Assembly (NCBI GenBank): GCA_028534125.1
Contig: CM052817.1
Span: 99,326,001-99,390,000 of the forward strand
Origin: Lama glama
Lineage: Eukaryota
Length of the DNA: 64,000 nucleotides
Direction: 5' to 3'
Shown here: positions 24,951 to 38,369 of the stretch, piece by piece
Numbering within the stretch: the stretch's first letter is position 1
How the letters are laid out: the number at the start of each line of letters is the position of its first letter
Program-made: the position numbers and the translations under genes
The notes under the pieces: model-generated
Seen by the model: only the letters and a program-made list of their open reading frames with translations
What the model was told of the DNA's origin: nothing
Database searches by the model: none

Positions 24951-26690
24951 AACCTGAGTTTGTATATGAATAACTGTACTTTCTTCTAAAATAAAATGAC
25001 TCACATTTATGTTTAAGCCATTTCATCAGACTGTTAACAGCAAGTAAAATCTTAAAATAATCCAAATAAGTCAAGATAATGAAATACTTTACCCAAATTC
25101 GTTATCTGGGGAAAAAATCGAAATCATATTATATCTTTAAGTAAGTGTGAAAAACTTTCACTTGTTGATTATTTTAAGTCATAGGCCCATTCTACCCTGG
25201 GAATATAGGCCCAGACAAAATATAGTATCTAAAGATTGTAGTTTTATTTGTTTAGGAAAAAAATGTTTTTGGACAGTTCTCATAACTCAGAATATATTAA
25301 ATGCTTTAATCTAAATTGCAATGAAAGAGTAGAACCATTTTAGCATACCAAGTAAAAACAGTCTTATTTAATTACTCAAGATAATGTTCAATTTGAAAAA
25401 AACAAAAAAAAGATGAATAATAAAAACCTAGAAAACACACAAGAAAATAATGAAATTAAACACCTAAAACCCGAGACCAAAGTAACTAACATAGTGCAGT
25501 TACACTAGATGAGCCTATTATCGCTTATAAAACCTAGTTCAAGTGTTGGAGGAGAGGGATACAGTGACAAACAGCTTCCCTGCTACAAAGGTGGCAGGAT
25601 ATCTATCAAACTGGACAATAAAATTGCAATTGAGTTTCTTTGGCTTTTTATAGCAGCTACATGAATCCTGATGTAACTCTGCAAAAGCTATCCAATTCTG
25701 CAACATTAGTTTTTTACACATCAGTTCTTTATAAATAACCATGTTATAAATTTGTGATATTGAGTTTTAAATGGCTGCAAAAAGGAAAAAAATATGCATC
25801 GCTTTAGTATTAAATGAATGAAAATATTTATAAACCTTTAGAATATCTACAGAGAAAAAAATTTGGGTTTCAATAATTTCAGAATTATCAGCATCCTACA
25901 AATTGTTCACCTACTTACTGAATCACTTCAGCTCCATCCTAAACTTTATTAAATATTGATTTGAAGAGCTATAGAGTGTAAATTTTCCATTTTATTTTAA
26001 AAATAGATACAAAGATATTAAAATTCCAAAAACATTAACAAAGCTACACTCAAATAAACTATATTATATAAACCCTATTAAAGAGAAAAACTCTTTAATC
26101 AATGAAGAAAAGTCATAAAAAGAAATAACACTGAAAGACATTTATGAAACGTTAAAATTAAAGGTGAAACCCACAAGAAGCAACTTGTAACTTTAATGTT
26201 TTCTTTTCCACCTCTTAGAGTAAAGCTTTAACAGTTATTTTTTAAAGTATACTTAACAGCAAAAAGGGATAGGTACAGTTTTACTTAGATAAAACACTCT
26301 GCAATGAACTTAATATGCATTTATTCCACTTTATAATTGTAATCCTAAAGCTTGAGTCAAAGACTGGTTCTTGGCTCAATGTAGGCAAAAGAGGCCTCTC
26401 CATGAAGTAACTATTTTCTTTGCAAAGGTTTTAAGATCTGTTTAAAGCCATAAGTCACTGGCGCAAAGAAAAATATGAGCTAATTAAATATATATATATA
26501 TTTTTTTTTTTTCCCCACACGGAAAACTCAAAGCCTCCTTTGGATTTGTTGTATGTAAATTTGAGCCTCAAAAATAATGATTTCAGACACTACATAAGAA
26601 TAGTTTATATTTCCTCCTTTAATATTTTCTGTGCCTTAAAATAAGCTCTCAGAAAGAAAAGATATGTTTTGCTTTATGATAAAAAAGTAT

Positions 26691-26741
26691 ACTGAAATTA
26701 ACACAACACTGTAAACTGGCTTTACTTAGATTTAAAAAAAA
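26691..26741 (+). mobile_element. Very short L1 3'-tail insertion
   Basis: CTGAAATTAACACAACACTGTAAACTGGCTTTACTT then A-run, similar to the tail of the L1 at 6329-6936; AAAAAAGTAT / AAAAATGTAT flanks. Confidence 0.65.
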
Positions 26742-27939
26742 TGTATGATGGGGTCTTAACTGGGGTCTATATTTAATTTACGTAGAATTCTTATATCCTC
26801 AAGATGTAGACTTTCTAAAGAGTGTATTATATTAGCATCTTAGTGTGAAAGTGGGAAGGGGAGAATTTTATAATAGTAAAAATAATTCCCTGTACACTCA
26901 CTGGTGTGCTCAAAATTTGAACTGCGTAAGACGGGCTTATTTTAAAATACATATTTCTAGGAACATCCCAAGAGACTCAAATTAAGATATTGAGATAGGG
27001 TCAAGGAAACCACAGTAAGATGCACATCCCAAGGTGAGGTGATTCCCCCACATACTCTGTGTGACAAGGACACAGACACTTTAATCACTGATGAGAGGAC
27101 TGAGGCGCTAAGGCACATACAGGGCTGCATGGTGCCCCATGACAGTGGCACCAAAGAGCCCTAACCAGTCATGGTGTACTTCTTCCTTCTCCTTCCTGAA
27201 ACAAGTATTTAACGTGCAACTGCCAAGTCCTCAGCACTATGCACAGCCGTGGGAGACATGGATACACAGCCTTTCATCCCTACTGATGAGAGCTCACAGC
27301 TAACAGCCACTTTCAACCAGTAACACAGCATGAGAGTTATCACAGGATCAGACAAGACCAAATGCCAGTCCACATCTGCCACATTACTCATCACCACTCT
27401 TCTTCATGTACATTACACACCCCACACAAACCAAACAATTCCCCACGCGTTTCCCTCAGTGATACCACCTCTGCTTATGCCAATTCCTCCACCAGTGATT
27501 CTCATCACCCCAATCACTACGTGCCCAAATCTTATTTATTACTCTTCAAGACTGTAGTCGAGTGACATCTGCTCTACAAACATCTGAAAGGCCCTCTCCT
27601 TTCACTGTGAATCTCTCTTCTGTGGCATTTATGCCTTCCTGCCTCGTTTTTCAGTATATGTATTAACTTCCATATTTGAATGTAATTTCTTTCAGGATAA
27701 GACCTCTTCCTGATTCATATCTCTATCTTTCACAGTAACCTAAAGGTACTCAAATAGAAGAAAACAGGAAAAACAAAAGGGAGGAATAGAAAGAACAAAA
27801 ACAGGAAAGACAAAGTATACTGGGAAAGAAAGAGGTGGGCAACTGTGGTAAGACCTAGACATAGTGACCGAAAATGAGTGAAAGAGACCATGGAGGGTCA
27901 GGCCAACCACAGACAGGGGACAACGGAGCAGACAAAACA

Positions 27940-28085
27940 TATTGAATGGAGAAAAAGAGGAGGAGGCTGGGGGAAAGAGAGGGAGTAAGGAAGTAGGGGG
28001 TGGGAGAAGCAGGGGAGAAAGGGAGAGAGGAGGGAGGAGGGGGAGGAAGAAAGAGGGAAAGGAGGGGAGGGAGGGGGAGAAAAAC
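27940..28085. repeat. Polypurine (GA-rich) low-complexity tract
   Basis: Almost exclusively G/A on the + strand. Confidence 0.85.
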
Positions 28086-29715
28086 AACTTAGAAAGACAC
28101 CAAGAGATAATTAAGTGCTGTAAATTCATATAGAATGACAACATGGCCTGAGAGTACAAAAAACTGTCATATAACAGTGATGTAGCCAGCTAAATCATAA
28201 ACAATATAAATAATTTGGGTAAGTACAAATGAGCACAAAGTTCATGTCACAAATAAACAAAAATGATGATTTAACAAAGCCTGATTAATTTTAAAAAGAG
28301 TAGAACCAACATAGCCAGAGTGGAGATTTTTGTCAAGTGAAATTGTGTAAGGTGAGGTAGGAAGTACGTTTTTTCAAGGGAAATAGTGAAAAAAATTAGG
28401 TAGAAATCGTTTGCCTTTCTAAGAAGATGAGAACAGAGTGTTTATGGAGGGGAATAACATTTTTAAATAAAGTTATTTTTAGCTTAATAAATCTAGAAGA
28501 AAATAATACCTAAGGCTACAGACCATTAGAAATATCCAGACTAGAAGTAATCTGGACATGTACAAAGAACTACAAATCATTAAGAATCATTCAAAGTAGG
28601 CAAAAGACAAAACAGTACAAAAATAAGAAGTCTAACAGTATAAAGGGTTAGGAACTGAGTATTACTTAGAACCTAGCAATTCTATTCCTACTAATATTTC
28701 CTAGAGCAGAGCTGTTTTCACACTGAAGATGACTCAGTTGGAGGATTATGTAATCAATTTATTGAGGCATCATCAGCATTTTTAAATGAAAAAGAATAAA
28801 GAACATTCCAGTGCATCACTATATACCAAAATTTAAAGGGTAACACTGTCTCACGAAACTTCTGTTTCAGGTGTGTGGTGGGAGAGAGGTGTGTGTGTGT
28901 GTCTCTGTGTATGTGTGTGTCTGTGCGCACGCACATGGGTGTACACAGACATATCTGGTCACAGTAAATGTCTCACTGTGAGACACAGTCACATGAAGTT
29001 TGAAAATGACAACTCTATTGAAATCGTTGCCTTTGAGCACCTGAGTTATTCACAGAAGTGAAAATGAATGAAGCAAATCTATATGTGACACTAAAAAAGA
29101 ATCTCAGAAACAAAAGGTTTGATGAGGAAAAATTAAGTAACAGAAGAGTCCACACAGTACAATGCCATTTTCATAAAATATAAAAATAGGCAAAATGAGA
29201 GAATATATCATTGAGGAATACTTTTTTTTAAACTTTTTTGAGAGGGGAATGTAAACACAAATTCAAGATGGCCATCAGGTTTAGCCTGCACTGGTGTGCT
29301 GGCAGTAAGAATGAGAACAAAAGGATTCACTGGAGGAGTGACAGAAGTGTAACAAAGGAAAATAATCATTTAATTCTATTTTCTGTTATTTCACTCATTA
29401 ACTCCTGATTCCAGATATACACACATATTACACATTTACCATTTCTAGTTTAGACATAAAGAAAAGTTTAGAAACTTTCCTGAGTTTACACAACTAAAAA
29501 TCACTATAAATCAGAATTCAAACCCAGGACTACCCTGTCTCTAAAGCTCATGTTCCCTTCATTACTTACACAAATGGAATGGTGACTGGATGTAAATACT
29601 CAGTAATAGATGCTCAGAAACTCAAAGGTACCTGAGATATCTCCTAGTCCAGCCCTTTTGTTTTTTTGGATAGAAAATTCTAGGAGACTAGGCTCTTGGC
29701 CCTAGCCTAGGACTT

Positions 29716-30190
29716 CAGCAGTTCGCAGGCATTTCGGTCTCAGGATCCGCTACACTCTTACAAAAGTACATCCCCCAAACCTTCTATTTATATGAGGTAT
29801 ATCTATTACTACTTATCATATTAGAAATTAAAACTAAGAAATTTATAAATAACTCATTTTAAAATAGTAATTCACCCAATATATGTTAGTATAAGTAATT
29901 TTCAGTAATGTTTTCTGAAAAATGATTATTTTTCAAAACAAAAACATAATAATGAGAAGAGCAGTATTACTGCAGTTTTGCAAGTCTCTTTCCATTTTGG
30001 CTAAATAGTAGATGGCAATTCCTGATATCTGTTTTTATATTGAATCTGTTGCATTATATTGCTTTGGCTGAAGTACATGGAAAACCCACCCTCTAACTAG
30101 GTAAGTAGCTGGGAAAGGAAAACCTCACCATTTCCTGAAATGGTCTCTTAGGCTCCCAACATCTTCAGGCTGTGCTTCAAGACATTACTG
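29716..30190. mobile_element. hAT-Charlie non-autonomous element (MER119-like)
   Basis: CAGCAGTTC...GGTCTCAGGATCC...TACACTCTTA start; TATTAGAAATTAAAACT; ...ATTACTG end. Confidence 0.55.
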
Positions 30191-30508
30191 CTCTAAAGGT
30201 TATACTCCTCTAACCATTCTTCCTAAGGACCTGACAGCATAAAGCATATGCAAAAGCACCAAATTAACACATACTATTTAGAAAATTTGAAAAACCTAAT
30301 TTATACAGGTACTTCCTAACCTAGAATTCTCCGGGGTATCTCTGAAATCCAATCCAAATCATGTGAAGCCAAAACTCAATCCTGTTTTTCTTCATGATCT
30401 TTTGTAAAGAGGAAAACAATACTAGAAGAAAACCAGTGCAGACTGCAGCAGCCCACTACAACAGAAACCAGATCAGCTGAGCACCAGCACAAACTAGAAT
30501 AAGTCAGA

Positions 30509-30725
30509 CAAGAGGTGGCAAAGTGTTTATGTAAAGTGTCAAACAGTAAATGTTTTAGGCCTGGGGGGGCCACACAGTCTCTGTTGCAAATACTCAATAC
30601 TTATAGCATGAAAGCAGTCATAGAAAATATATAAATTAACGGGAGCGGCTGTGTTCCAATAAAATTTTATTTATCGAAACAGGTCAGGCCAGATTGGCCC
30701 TCAGGCCATGCTTGGCTGAACTCTG
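30509..30725 (+). mobile_element. hAT-Charlie MITE (MER58A-like)
   Basis: AGTAAATGTTTTAGGC...GTCTCTGTTGCAAATACTCAA...GGCTGTGTTCCAATAAAATTTTATTTA. Confidence 0.8.
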
Positions 30726-31159
30726 CCTTAGACTAAACCGGTCAGCTAAAAAATGTAGTGACTAAAAGAAAGCCATTTTATAAAATCACACCTTTGTCCC
30801 ATCTAGCACTGGATTATTCTCAAACATAAATTTGTATGGTAATATCTTCTGATCTAATGTATCTTTGTAAATCCTCATGATAGGAACACACCATTTCTCA
30901 CTGAAGGAGGAGACAAAATGAGTAACTCTTAGGTGCCTTCAAAGAGCTAAAAGTTATTCAAACAACCAAAAACATATATTTAGAAAATGACAATATATTC
31001 CAATAGAATGGCAAAATATTCCAGAGTAATAACTATGATAGTCAGTAAAATAAAACATTTAAAGATATATCAAATTTATCATTTCTATTCTTTATGCCTT
31101 CTAGTCAATTTATAATGAATGTTTATTTAATTATATTCCCTCTGTGAATCTATAGAAAG

Positions 31160-32020
31160 TTCTTAAACATACAAAAAGCACAAACCATAAATAGAAACTA
31201 ATAAATTTTACTACATTAATTATTTGAGATGTAAAATTTCCTCAGAATACACAAACATAAAACTCCAAAAATAAATAGATCAGGAATAAATTGGCATAAG
31301 ACATTCATAAACAATACAGCTAACAAAGGATTAAGACCAAGAACATGAAGAACTCCCACAAAACAATAAGAAAATGCAAATTAATATTATGGAGACATAG
31401 CATCATCAAATTTGCAAAAAATTTTAACTCCAGCCATAGCAAGTGATAAGGTAATATGGGATAATACATTACTGGAGAGAATGTACACTACTACCACTTT
31501 GAAAAGGAATTGCATTATCTTATTATGTTCAACATCTGCATCTTACAAATCAGCAATTCTATTTCCAGGAAGATATTTTTCTCTAGAGAGAAACTTCCCA
31601 ATTCATACAAAATGCATCAAAAATGCTCATCAGCTTGTAAATGGATAAAGTCATACCATGGAATACAATACAACTGAAAAAATGAGCACAGCTACATTGG
31701 TCAATATGGATAAATCTAAAACAATAAGTAAAAACAGCTAGTTGCAGAAAAATGCCTTTAATACCACTTATATTGACTGTAAACATGAAATATAAAATTC
31801 TTTAGTGTGTGTTTATGTGTATGTGTGTGTAGTTAAAAACACACATAACACAGACATAATGAAAACACCAAACTCAGGTAAGCGGGGTAGGAGAGACGGG
31901 CTAAAAATGGTAGACAAAGCAACTGGGATGGGGAACCCAATTTCATAAACAGTACTAGGTACATTATTGCTTATACCTTTTTGTATGTATAGCACATTTC
32001 ATTAACAATTTTAAACAAAA
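31160..32020 (+). mobile_element. Old L1 (L1ME-like) 3' remnant
   Basis: CAGCAATTCTATTTCCAGGAA, ATGGAATAC and ATGGATAAATCT motifs in L1 order. Confidence 0.6.
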
Positions 32021-32542
32021 GCTATACATAAATAAGTTAACCCTAGCTTGAGTTTTTCAAAAAAAGAGATTAGTAGATTCTCCCAAACCAATTTAACTCA
32101 CTGTAACATGAGAAAGGGCAAAATTAGCCAGAGCTTTTCTGTTTACTCAACCAATTTACGTTACTAAAATAACTTCCCATCTTTGAATATAGTGCGCCAC
32201 CTTGTGTTCAAAGCTTCAAAATACCATAAAATTCAGAGAACCCTTGCTTGAAAATGGCTGCTGAAAATATAAATTCCTTTACTCTGGATTATGAGGTTTC
32301 ACTTTATTAACTTGAGCACACGTGAAAATGGTATGTGGAGAAAAAAACTATTTTGCTTCTGAAGAAGTTGGAAATACTTCATATTTTTTAGTCATTCCTT
32401 TTTTCAGTTGTTCATTTCACTACATTTCCACAGAATAATCTGCATTTTTCCCATATTTTAAGTATATAAAATATGTTAATGAATAAAACTCAAAATTATA
32501 GACATTTAAAATTCTGAAATACACTTTCATACAGAAACTTAC

Positions 32543-32735
32543 CTTTGAATGTGTGATTGATAAGGTGTCTACCCACACACGCCAGCCACCCCATTCGTAT
32601 TTGACTGCATGGTAGAGTAAGATTCTGAATATGGCATATACCATTTCTGTTATCTTCTGCTCATCTGAATTCTTAGGATTAAAATAGCAGAGAGAAAGCA
32701 TCCACTCTTGCCACACAGAACACTGCAGCAAGCTC
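32543..32735 (-). CDS. LRBA: LRBA coding exon (approx. exon 22), 193 nt
   Basis: TCAG|G acceptor, AAG|GTAAGT donor; [64 protein letters not shown]. Confidence 0.97.
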
Positions 32736-33032
32736 CTGAAAATTATAAGAGGATACCGAATTACTTAAAAAATAAATCACCTGAAAGAATTCTAAAAAGC
32801 AAAAGTTCAAAACAAACAAAAAAACAGCTTTATTATGTATTCAAAACAATTCAAGAATGTGGTATTAAAAACCCAATTTGACTGTATGGTACACTACTTG
32901 CATAACCTTAATGAAAAAAGCTTCTGGAAAATTGATTTCATACTATTCTTAAAGAAATTTTTCTTAGAAAACATGGGCCCATTCAAAGCTAGACTTGAAT
33001 ATTGCAAGTAAATGCTTTCTAGTCCTGCTTAC

Positions 33033-33156
33033 CTTCTGTTTTCTCTGCTGTTATTAAAAAGTTTAATCATGTCAGAAAGAAAGGCTCTGCGAACTTCCAT
33101 GCTCTCTGGACACTGGGGAGAATTTCGAAGTAGGGTCGCAATTACTTTTAATATCT
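33033..33156 (-). CDS. LRBA: LRBA coding exon (approx. exon 21), 124 nt
   Basis: ACAG|AG acceptor, AG|GTAAGC donor; ILKVIATLLRNSPQCPESMEVRRAFLSDMIKLFNNSRENR(R). Confidence 0.96.
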
Positions 33157-34089
33157 CTGTAAGACAATCAGTAAAATTCATAAATTAGTAAAAACCAAAA
33201 CACTACAAAAAACTTCATGATGGAAGATCACCAATATATTGCAATTTCTTTCATTTCTTTGACATGTTTCCTGAAAACATCCTCTTTTGTTTTATAAACT
33301 ATCATCTGCAGACAAGACTGATAATACATTCATTAGAAAACATCTGTAAACAAGAAAGGGATTTTTAAATTTCATCATTAGAATGTGTAAAGTTGAATTT
33401 TAAAAGATTGTTATAAATCAAATTAAATTATAAATGAATTATATGATGGTAAAACTGCTGACACCCTCTCCCTAACCTCTGCCAGTGAGTAAAGCTGATC
33501 TATAAAAAAAAAAACAAACTATAATTAAAATCTCAGAAAGAGAATAAATTCTCAGCTTCTTCAACACGATTTATAATATGCACATATTCTTTCATTATCA
33601 TGATTTTTAAAAGCTGTCAAGATTTTCTTCCATAATTCTAAATGTTATACTAGATATTAAAAAATTCAAAAGAGAATTAAAACCTATTCAACATCCCGAA
33701 CAAACAGATAAAACTGCTGTTGTAATGGTCTTGAACATAATGCTGTCTAAATTTCTAGTACTAAGCTTTAAGAATAGAAATTCTATAAAATATATAGATA
33801 CCAAATTTTAAAGAAACAAAAACAGCTACAACTTGAATTTAAAATTAAATAATATGTCAAATTCCTACCCAAATAAAAATTGAGGAATTCTAAACTAGCA
33901 TTTCCCAAGGTTTTTGGTGATTCTGAAGCAACAAGTTCAAAATATCAAGTTTGAACATACTTATCATAAAATTCATCATATTTTGGTAGCAATTTCTGAA
34001 TTCTTCTAATGACAAATTCAAATTCTCTCTACCTGAACAATGATTACAATGAGAATGATAATCGTAGTAATGAAAGTGATGATGATGGT

Positions 34090-34328
34090 GATAAACACTA
34101 ATTTTGAGAATATACCTTCATGTGACACTGTTTTAAGAAAATACAGGTATTAACACATTTAATCCTTACACAGTGATAGCGAGATACTATTATTATCCTC
34201 ATTCTAGAGATAGGAAAACTAAAGCACATTGAAATTAAGTAATTTACCCAGCCACTTAACTATTAAGACATGTAGACAAGATTGAAAAGCCAGACAGCCC
34301 ATGTTTTTAAACATCACATTATACTGCC
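34090..34328 (-). mobile_element. MIR SINE
   Basis: CATTTAATCCTTAC...TATTATTATCCTCATTCTAGAGATAGGAAAACTAAAGCAC...AAGTAATTTACCCA. Confidence 0.7.
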
Positions 34329-35067
34329 TATCTTTCTAAACTAATACGTTACATAGATTAATATATTTTAAAATTCTTACTTCATTAAGTCAACTTTCCC
34401 AAACTACAAAAAAAAATTTTACATTATATATATAAAATCAAGGTATTTTTTCTTTTCTTGCTCTCTAAAATATCACATCTCCCTGAAGGCTGAGAAAAAT
34501 TAAACTTTAGACATACATGTTTTTAAAACAAACATGAACACAATTCGTCACATAAAAATTAAATTTGTAAACCCTACAAACCAGTTTTTTAATGTCAATA
34601 ATCTTAAAAGATGAAAAATGTGCACTGGTATATAAGCTTAAGAATTCTAAATATCAAAAGAAAAATGGTTAACCAAAACTAAATTCATAAACAATAAAAA
34701 AGATATTTTTTAATTCCAAACTTGATACTCTTAGATTGACAGTAATTTAAGAAGAAAGCTACCTCCATGGTTCATGTAATTTAGCCTGACATCACTAAAT
34801 ACTGCAATCAAAACTTTACCAAAAACTGGATATAATTAAATCAAGATCTTATGCACAGAATTCTTCAAAAACCTCTGTATATAAACATTTCCTCAGAACC
34901 TAACGGCAATTTGAAGTTATACTCAACATCAAACACAAATAAAACTAGTATTATATTAATGCTTGTAATGAAATATTATTTGAAAAAATGTGTTTTCAAC
35001 ATCAACTTAGGTTTTTCAATGACTTTCCTTTTAGTAGCAAAAGGTATTTTAAAAAAAAGTGTAAAAA

Positions 35068-35385
35068 AGGATGGGAGTGGGAGAAATGGGTGAAGGTGCT
35101 CAAAGAGTACAAACCTCCAGTTATAAGGTGGGTAAGTTCCAGGGATGCAATGTATAAGCCAGAGACCACAGTTAATACTATATTGTGGATTTGAAAGTTG
35201 CTAAGGAAATAGATCTTAAAAGTTTTCACCACACATTAACACAACAAAAAATTTACTATGTGAAGTGATGGACTAACCTTATTGTGGTAACCATGTCACA
35301 ACATAAACATGTATCAAATTATTAGATTGAATACCTTAAAATTACACAATGTTATATGTCAACCATATTTCAATAAAGCTGTAAG
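35068..35385 (+). mobile_element. L1 3'UTR fragment (L1MA9-like)
   Basis: GTACAAACCTCCAGTTATAAG...TTGAAAGTTGCTAAG...TACACAATGTTATATGTCAACCATATTTCAATAAAGCTG. Confidence 0.8.
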
Positions 35386-35431
35386 AGCAAAAAGCAGGTA
35401 TCAAAACAATAAAACTATATTAAATACATAC

Positions 35432-35513
35432 GAGGATTTTGGATCTTTACTGAAGAATCAGGATCTGGATGCTGTTTATGTATTACTTGAGTACAAATCT
35501 GTTCTATAAGAAT
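35432..35513 (-). CDS. LRBA: LRBA coding exon (approx. exon 20), 82 nt
   Basis: GTAG|ATT acceptor, C|GTATGT donor; ILIEQICTQVIHKQHPDPDSSVKIQNP(Q). Confidence 0.96.
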
Positions 35514-35915
35514 CTACAGAAGTAAAACAATAGATTGTATTAGCTTAATCACTACTAATGAACTTTAACACAACACTAATCAACATTAAGTATACAGTCT
35601 AATGATGTCATGTTAAATATCTTCTACATTATGTAAAACAAATAATTTCATTATAGCTCTATTTTTACTTAATTATAAAATGAAACATCAAATAGTCAAT
35701 ATAATGGAGAAAAATACTTAAACAGAGATGTCCACACTGTTTAATAATTCACAGACTAATTTATTTAGATGCAGCCACATTTCCTTTATATAACTAGTTT
35801 CAAAATTGTGCATCAAACTTAAATGATCTTATCGCATCTAGACACTAGCAGCTCAGTTATACCAGTATTTTCATTATAAGAAATTAGTAAGATAAAATTC
35901 TAACTACATTCCTAC

Positions 35916-36024
35916 CTCAAAAAGGACATTATATGTGGTCATTGTGATTAAATTTGTCTGAAGCATGAGTCTTTCAGCTAACAGTGAAAACAATCCATGT
36001 CCAAGCATGACTTCAGCTTTTCTT
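35916..36024 (-). CDS. LRBA: LRBA coding exon (approx. exon 19), 109 nt
   Basis: GCAG|A acceptor, GAG|GTAGGA donor; RKAEVMLGHGLFSLLAERLMLQTNLITMTTYNVLFE. Confidence 0.96.
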
Positions 36025-36514
36025 CTGCAATTAGATAGAAAAAAAAAAAAAAATCAAAGGTAGAATTTTATTATTCATTATTTAGTATTCACGTTGACAA
36101 AGGAGGCACAAAAATGTTCTAACATCAACAAATTTCAACTCAATAACACTCCCAATTTTCTTCAACCTACAACTTACAAGGCCACAAAGTCTTTAGAGAA
36201 AGACACACTACAATACAGGTGCAATGAAGGGTGAAAAACATACAAGACTGGCTGTGCCGCAGCACAGCAAAATCTCCATCAAGATCTTCAGGGCAACTAT
36301 TTACTTAGCAGCAGCTACTCGCTCTCAGCGCTGAGCTAAGCTCTATTATAAATAATAACCTAAAGCCCGATAAGTAAAGTTGAAAAACAATACAGAAGAA
36401 AAGGTAGAAGAAATGTAAGCAAATTTTTTAATGAATACTGTGAAGATAAGTACAGTAAAATTAAACTTTCAGGCAAAAATTTAAAAACTGAAGGACCACA
36501 AACTTAATTCTACT

Positions 36515-36723
36515 CCTGGATTTGTCTAATTTTTTCTGCAAATGACTGGATATTGTATGCTTTAGGCTTTGTGGACTATGTTTCCTGCAGCAACAACTCA
36601 ACACTGTTGCTGTAACATAAAAACAGCCATAGATAATAAGCAAATAAATGTATCTGTGTTCCAATGAAACTTTATTTACAGTCAGTCAGCTGGATTCAAC
36701 ACAAAGACTGAAAGTTTACCAAC
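36515..36723 (+). mobile_element. hAT-Charlie MITE (MER58A-like)
   Basis: TTTAGGCTTTGTGG...CAACTCAAC...CTGTGTTCCAATGAAACTTTATTTAC. Confidence 0.7.
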
Positions 36724-37221
36724 AAATTTCTACCACCAAAATTGTTAATTATTATAATAAACTAATCCTGGTATAAGGAATAATTGATAAGATATGAATG
36801 CCTACATTAAGCTAAGAAAAAAAAATGTAAGTTTCGGTTTTTAGTTATATGTATAGCAGAACAAACTATGCGGCAAACATTCAGGTTAACATGTCAGCTT
36901 TATACAACAGATAAAGCAAATAATCAAGCCATTTGAAATGAAGTCCCCATGGTACCTATAATTCTATGTATACAAATGTATTCTCATAATGAATAAAAAA
37001 AAAAAAAAGGAAAATTTAAGTAAAAACACAAACCATATATATACTCCTGTTCCTATTTTATTTTTGATAAGTAGAAATAGGATTAAATTTATATAGCATT
37101 TTATGAATAAAAATAAAGAGAAGTGAGAATAGAGGAATCACATGATGGAAATATTATTCCAAAGATTTTTAAAATAAGTAAGTAACATACATATTCTATT
37201 TCAGATTTCATGCATACTTAC

Positions 37222-37314
37222 TTCGGTGCCAGATGTTTTAAAAAATAACCCATTGCCTTTAGAGCTTGTACTCTGATTCCTTCACTTGTTGATGCCATCA
37301 GTTTATAGATAACA
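37222..37314 (-). CDS. LRBA: LRBA coding exon (approx. exon 18), 93 nt
   Basis: TCAG|T acceptor, AA|GTAAGT donor; VIYKLMASTSEGIRVQALKAMGYFLKHLAP(K). Confidence 0.96.
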
Positions 37315-37509
37315 CTGAATAAATTAAAATTAAAAATAAATTACTAGATTTTTCAAAAAGTATCTAAGATATATATGTATATATATGTACATTTTTCATA
37401 CAGTCACATAACTATAAGCCTAACTTCAAGTATGAGTGACTTTAATATACATTTCTGATGTTTAAAAACTTGCTTATCAATTGCATGTTGTCTTCAAGAA
37501 ATCCACTTT

Positions 37510-37641
37510 TTTTTGGCTATTCTTTTAAAAATTTTTCCCCTTTTTTTTAGTTGAAGTATAGTCAGTTTATAATGTCAATGTCAATATCAATATAATGTCA
37601 ATTTCTGGTGTACAGCATTATACTGGAAGTCCTAGCCATAG
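37510..37641 (-). mobile_element. Short L1 3'-tail insertion nested in the older L1
   Basis: Antisense tail TTTTTTTTAGTTGAAGTATAGTCAGTTTATAATGT; TSD CAAGAAATCCACTTT (37495-37509) / CAAGAAACCCAGTTT (37642-37656). Confidence 0.75.
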
Positions 37642-38322
37642 CAAGAAACCCAGTTTAAATATAAAGTTACATGAAGATTAAAAGTAAATGAATGGAGAAA
37701 AATATACCATACTAATACTAATCAAAAAGCAAGTGTAGCTATATTAATTTCAGACAGAGAACACTTCAAAGTAAAGAAAGTTACCAAGGATAAAGAAGGG
37801 CATTACATAATGATAAAGCGGTCAATTCTCCAAGATGATATAACAGTCCTTAACATGTATGCACCTAACTTAGAGCCTAGAACTATGGAAGGCAAAAACT
37901 GACAGAACTGCAAGGAAAAGCAGATGAATCCATTTTCATAATTAGAGACTTCAAAATACCTTTCTCAGAAACAGATCCAGCAGGCAGAAAATCAGTAAGG
38001 ACATAGTTAACCTCAAAAATACCATTAGTCAATTGAATATAACTGACATCTACACACTACTTCATCCTACAGTAGAAAAGTACATATTTTTCTCAAGCTA
38101 ACATGGAACATTCACCAAGTAGACCACATCCGGGGCCATACAACTCCTCAACAACAAATGTAAAGACTGTAAATTATCGCTCTCAGAAAAATTTGCTCTT
38201 AGATCACAATAGAATTTAATTAGAAATAAATAACAGAAATAAAGCTGCAAAATGCCAAATAATTGAAGATTAAACAACATACTTCTAAATACAAAGAAGA
38301 AATCTCAAAATAAAGAAGTATT

Positions 38323-38369
38323 ACACAACATTGTAAAATGATTATAAATCAATAAAAAATGTTAAAAAA
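38323..38369 (+). mobile_element. Micro L1 3'-tail insertion
   Basis: ACACAACATTGTAAAATGATTATAAATCAATAAAAAATGTTAAAAAA flanked by AAGTATT (38316-38322 / 38370-38376). Confidence 0.8.

Noticed and set aside
27740..28159. 139-aa Pro/Leu/Ser/Phe-rich ORF and its antisense partner
   Set aside because: Artefact of the polypurine tract.
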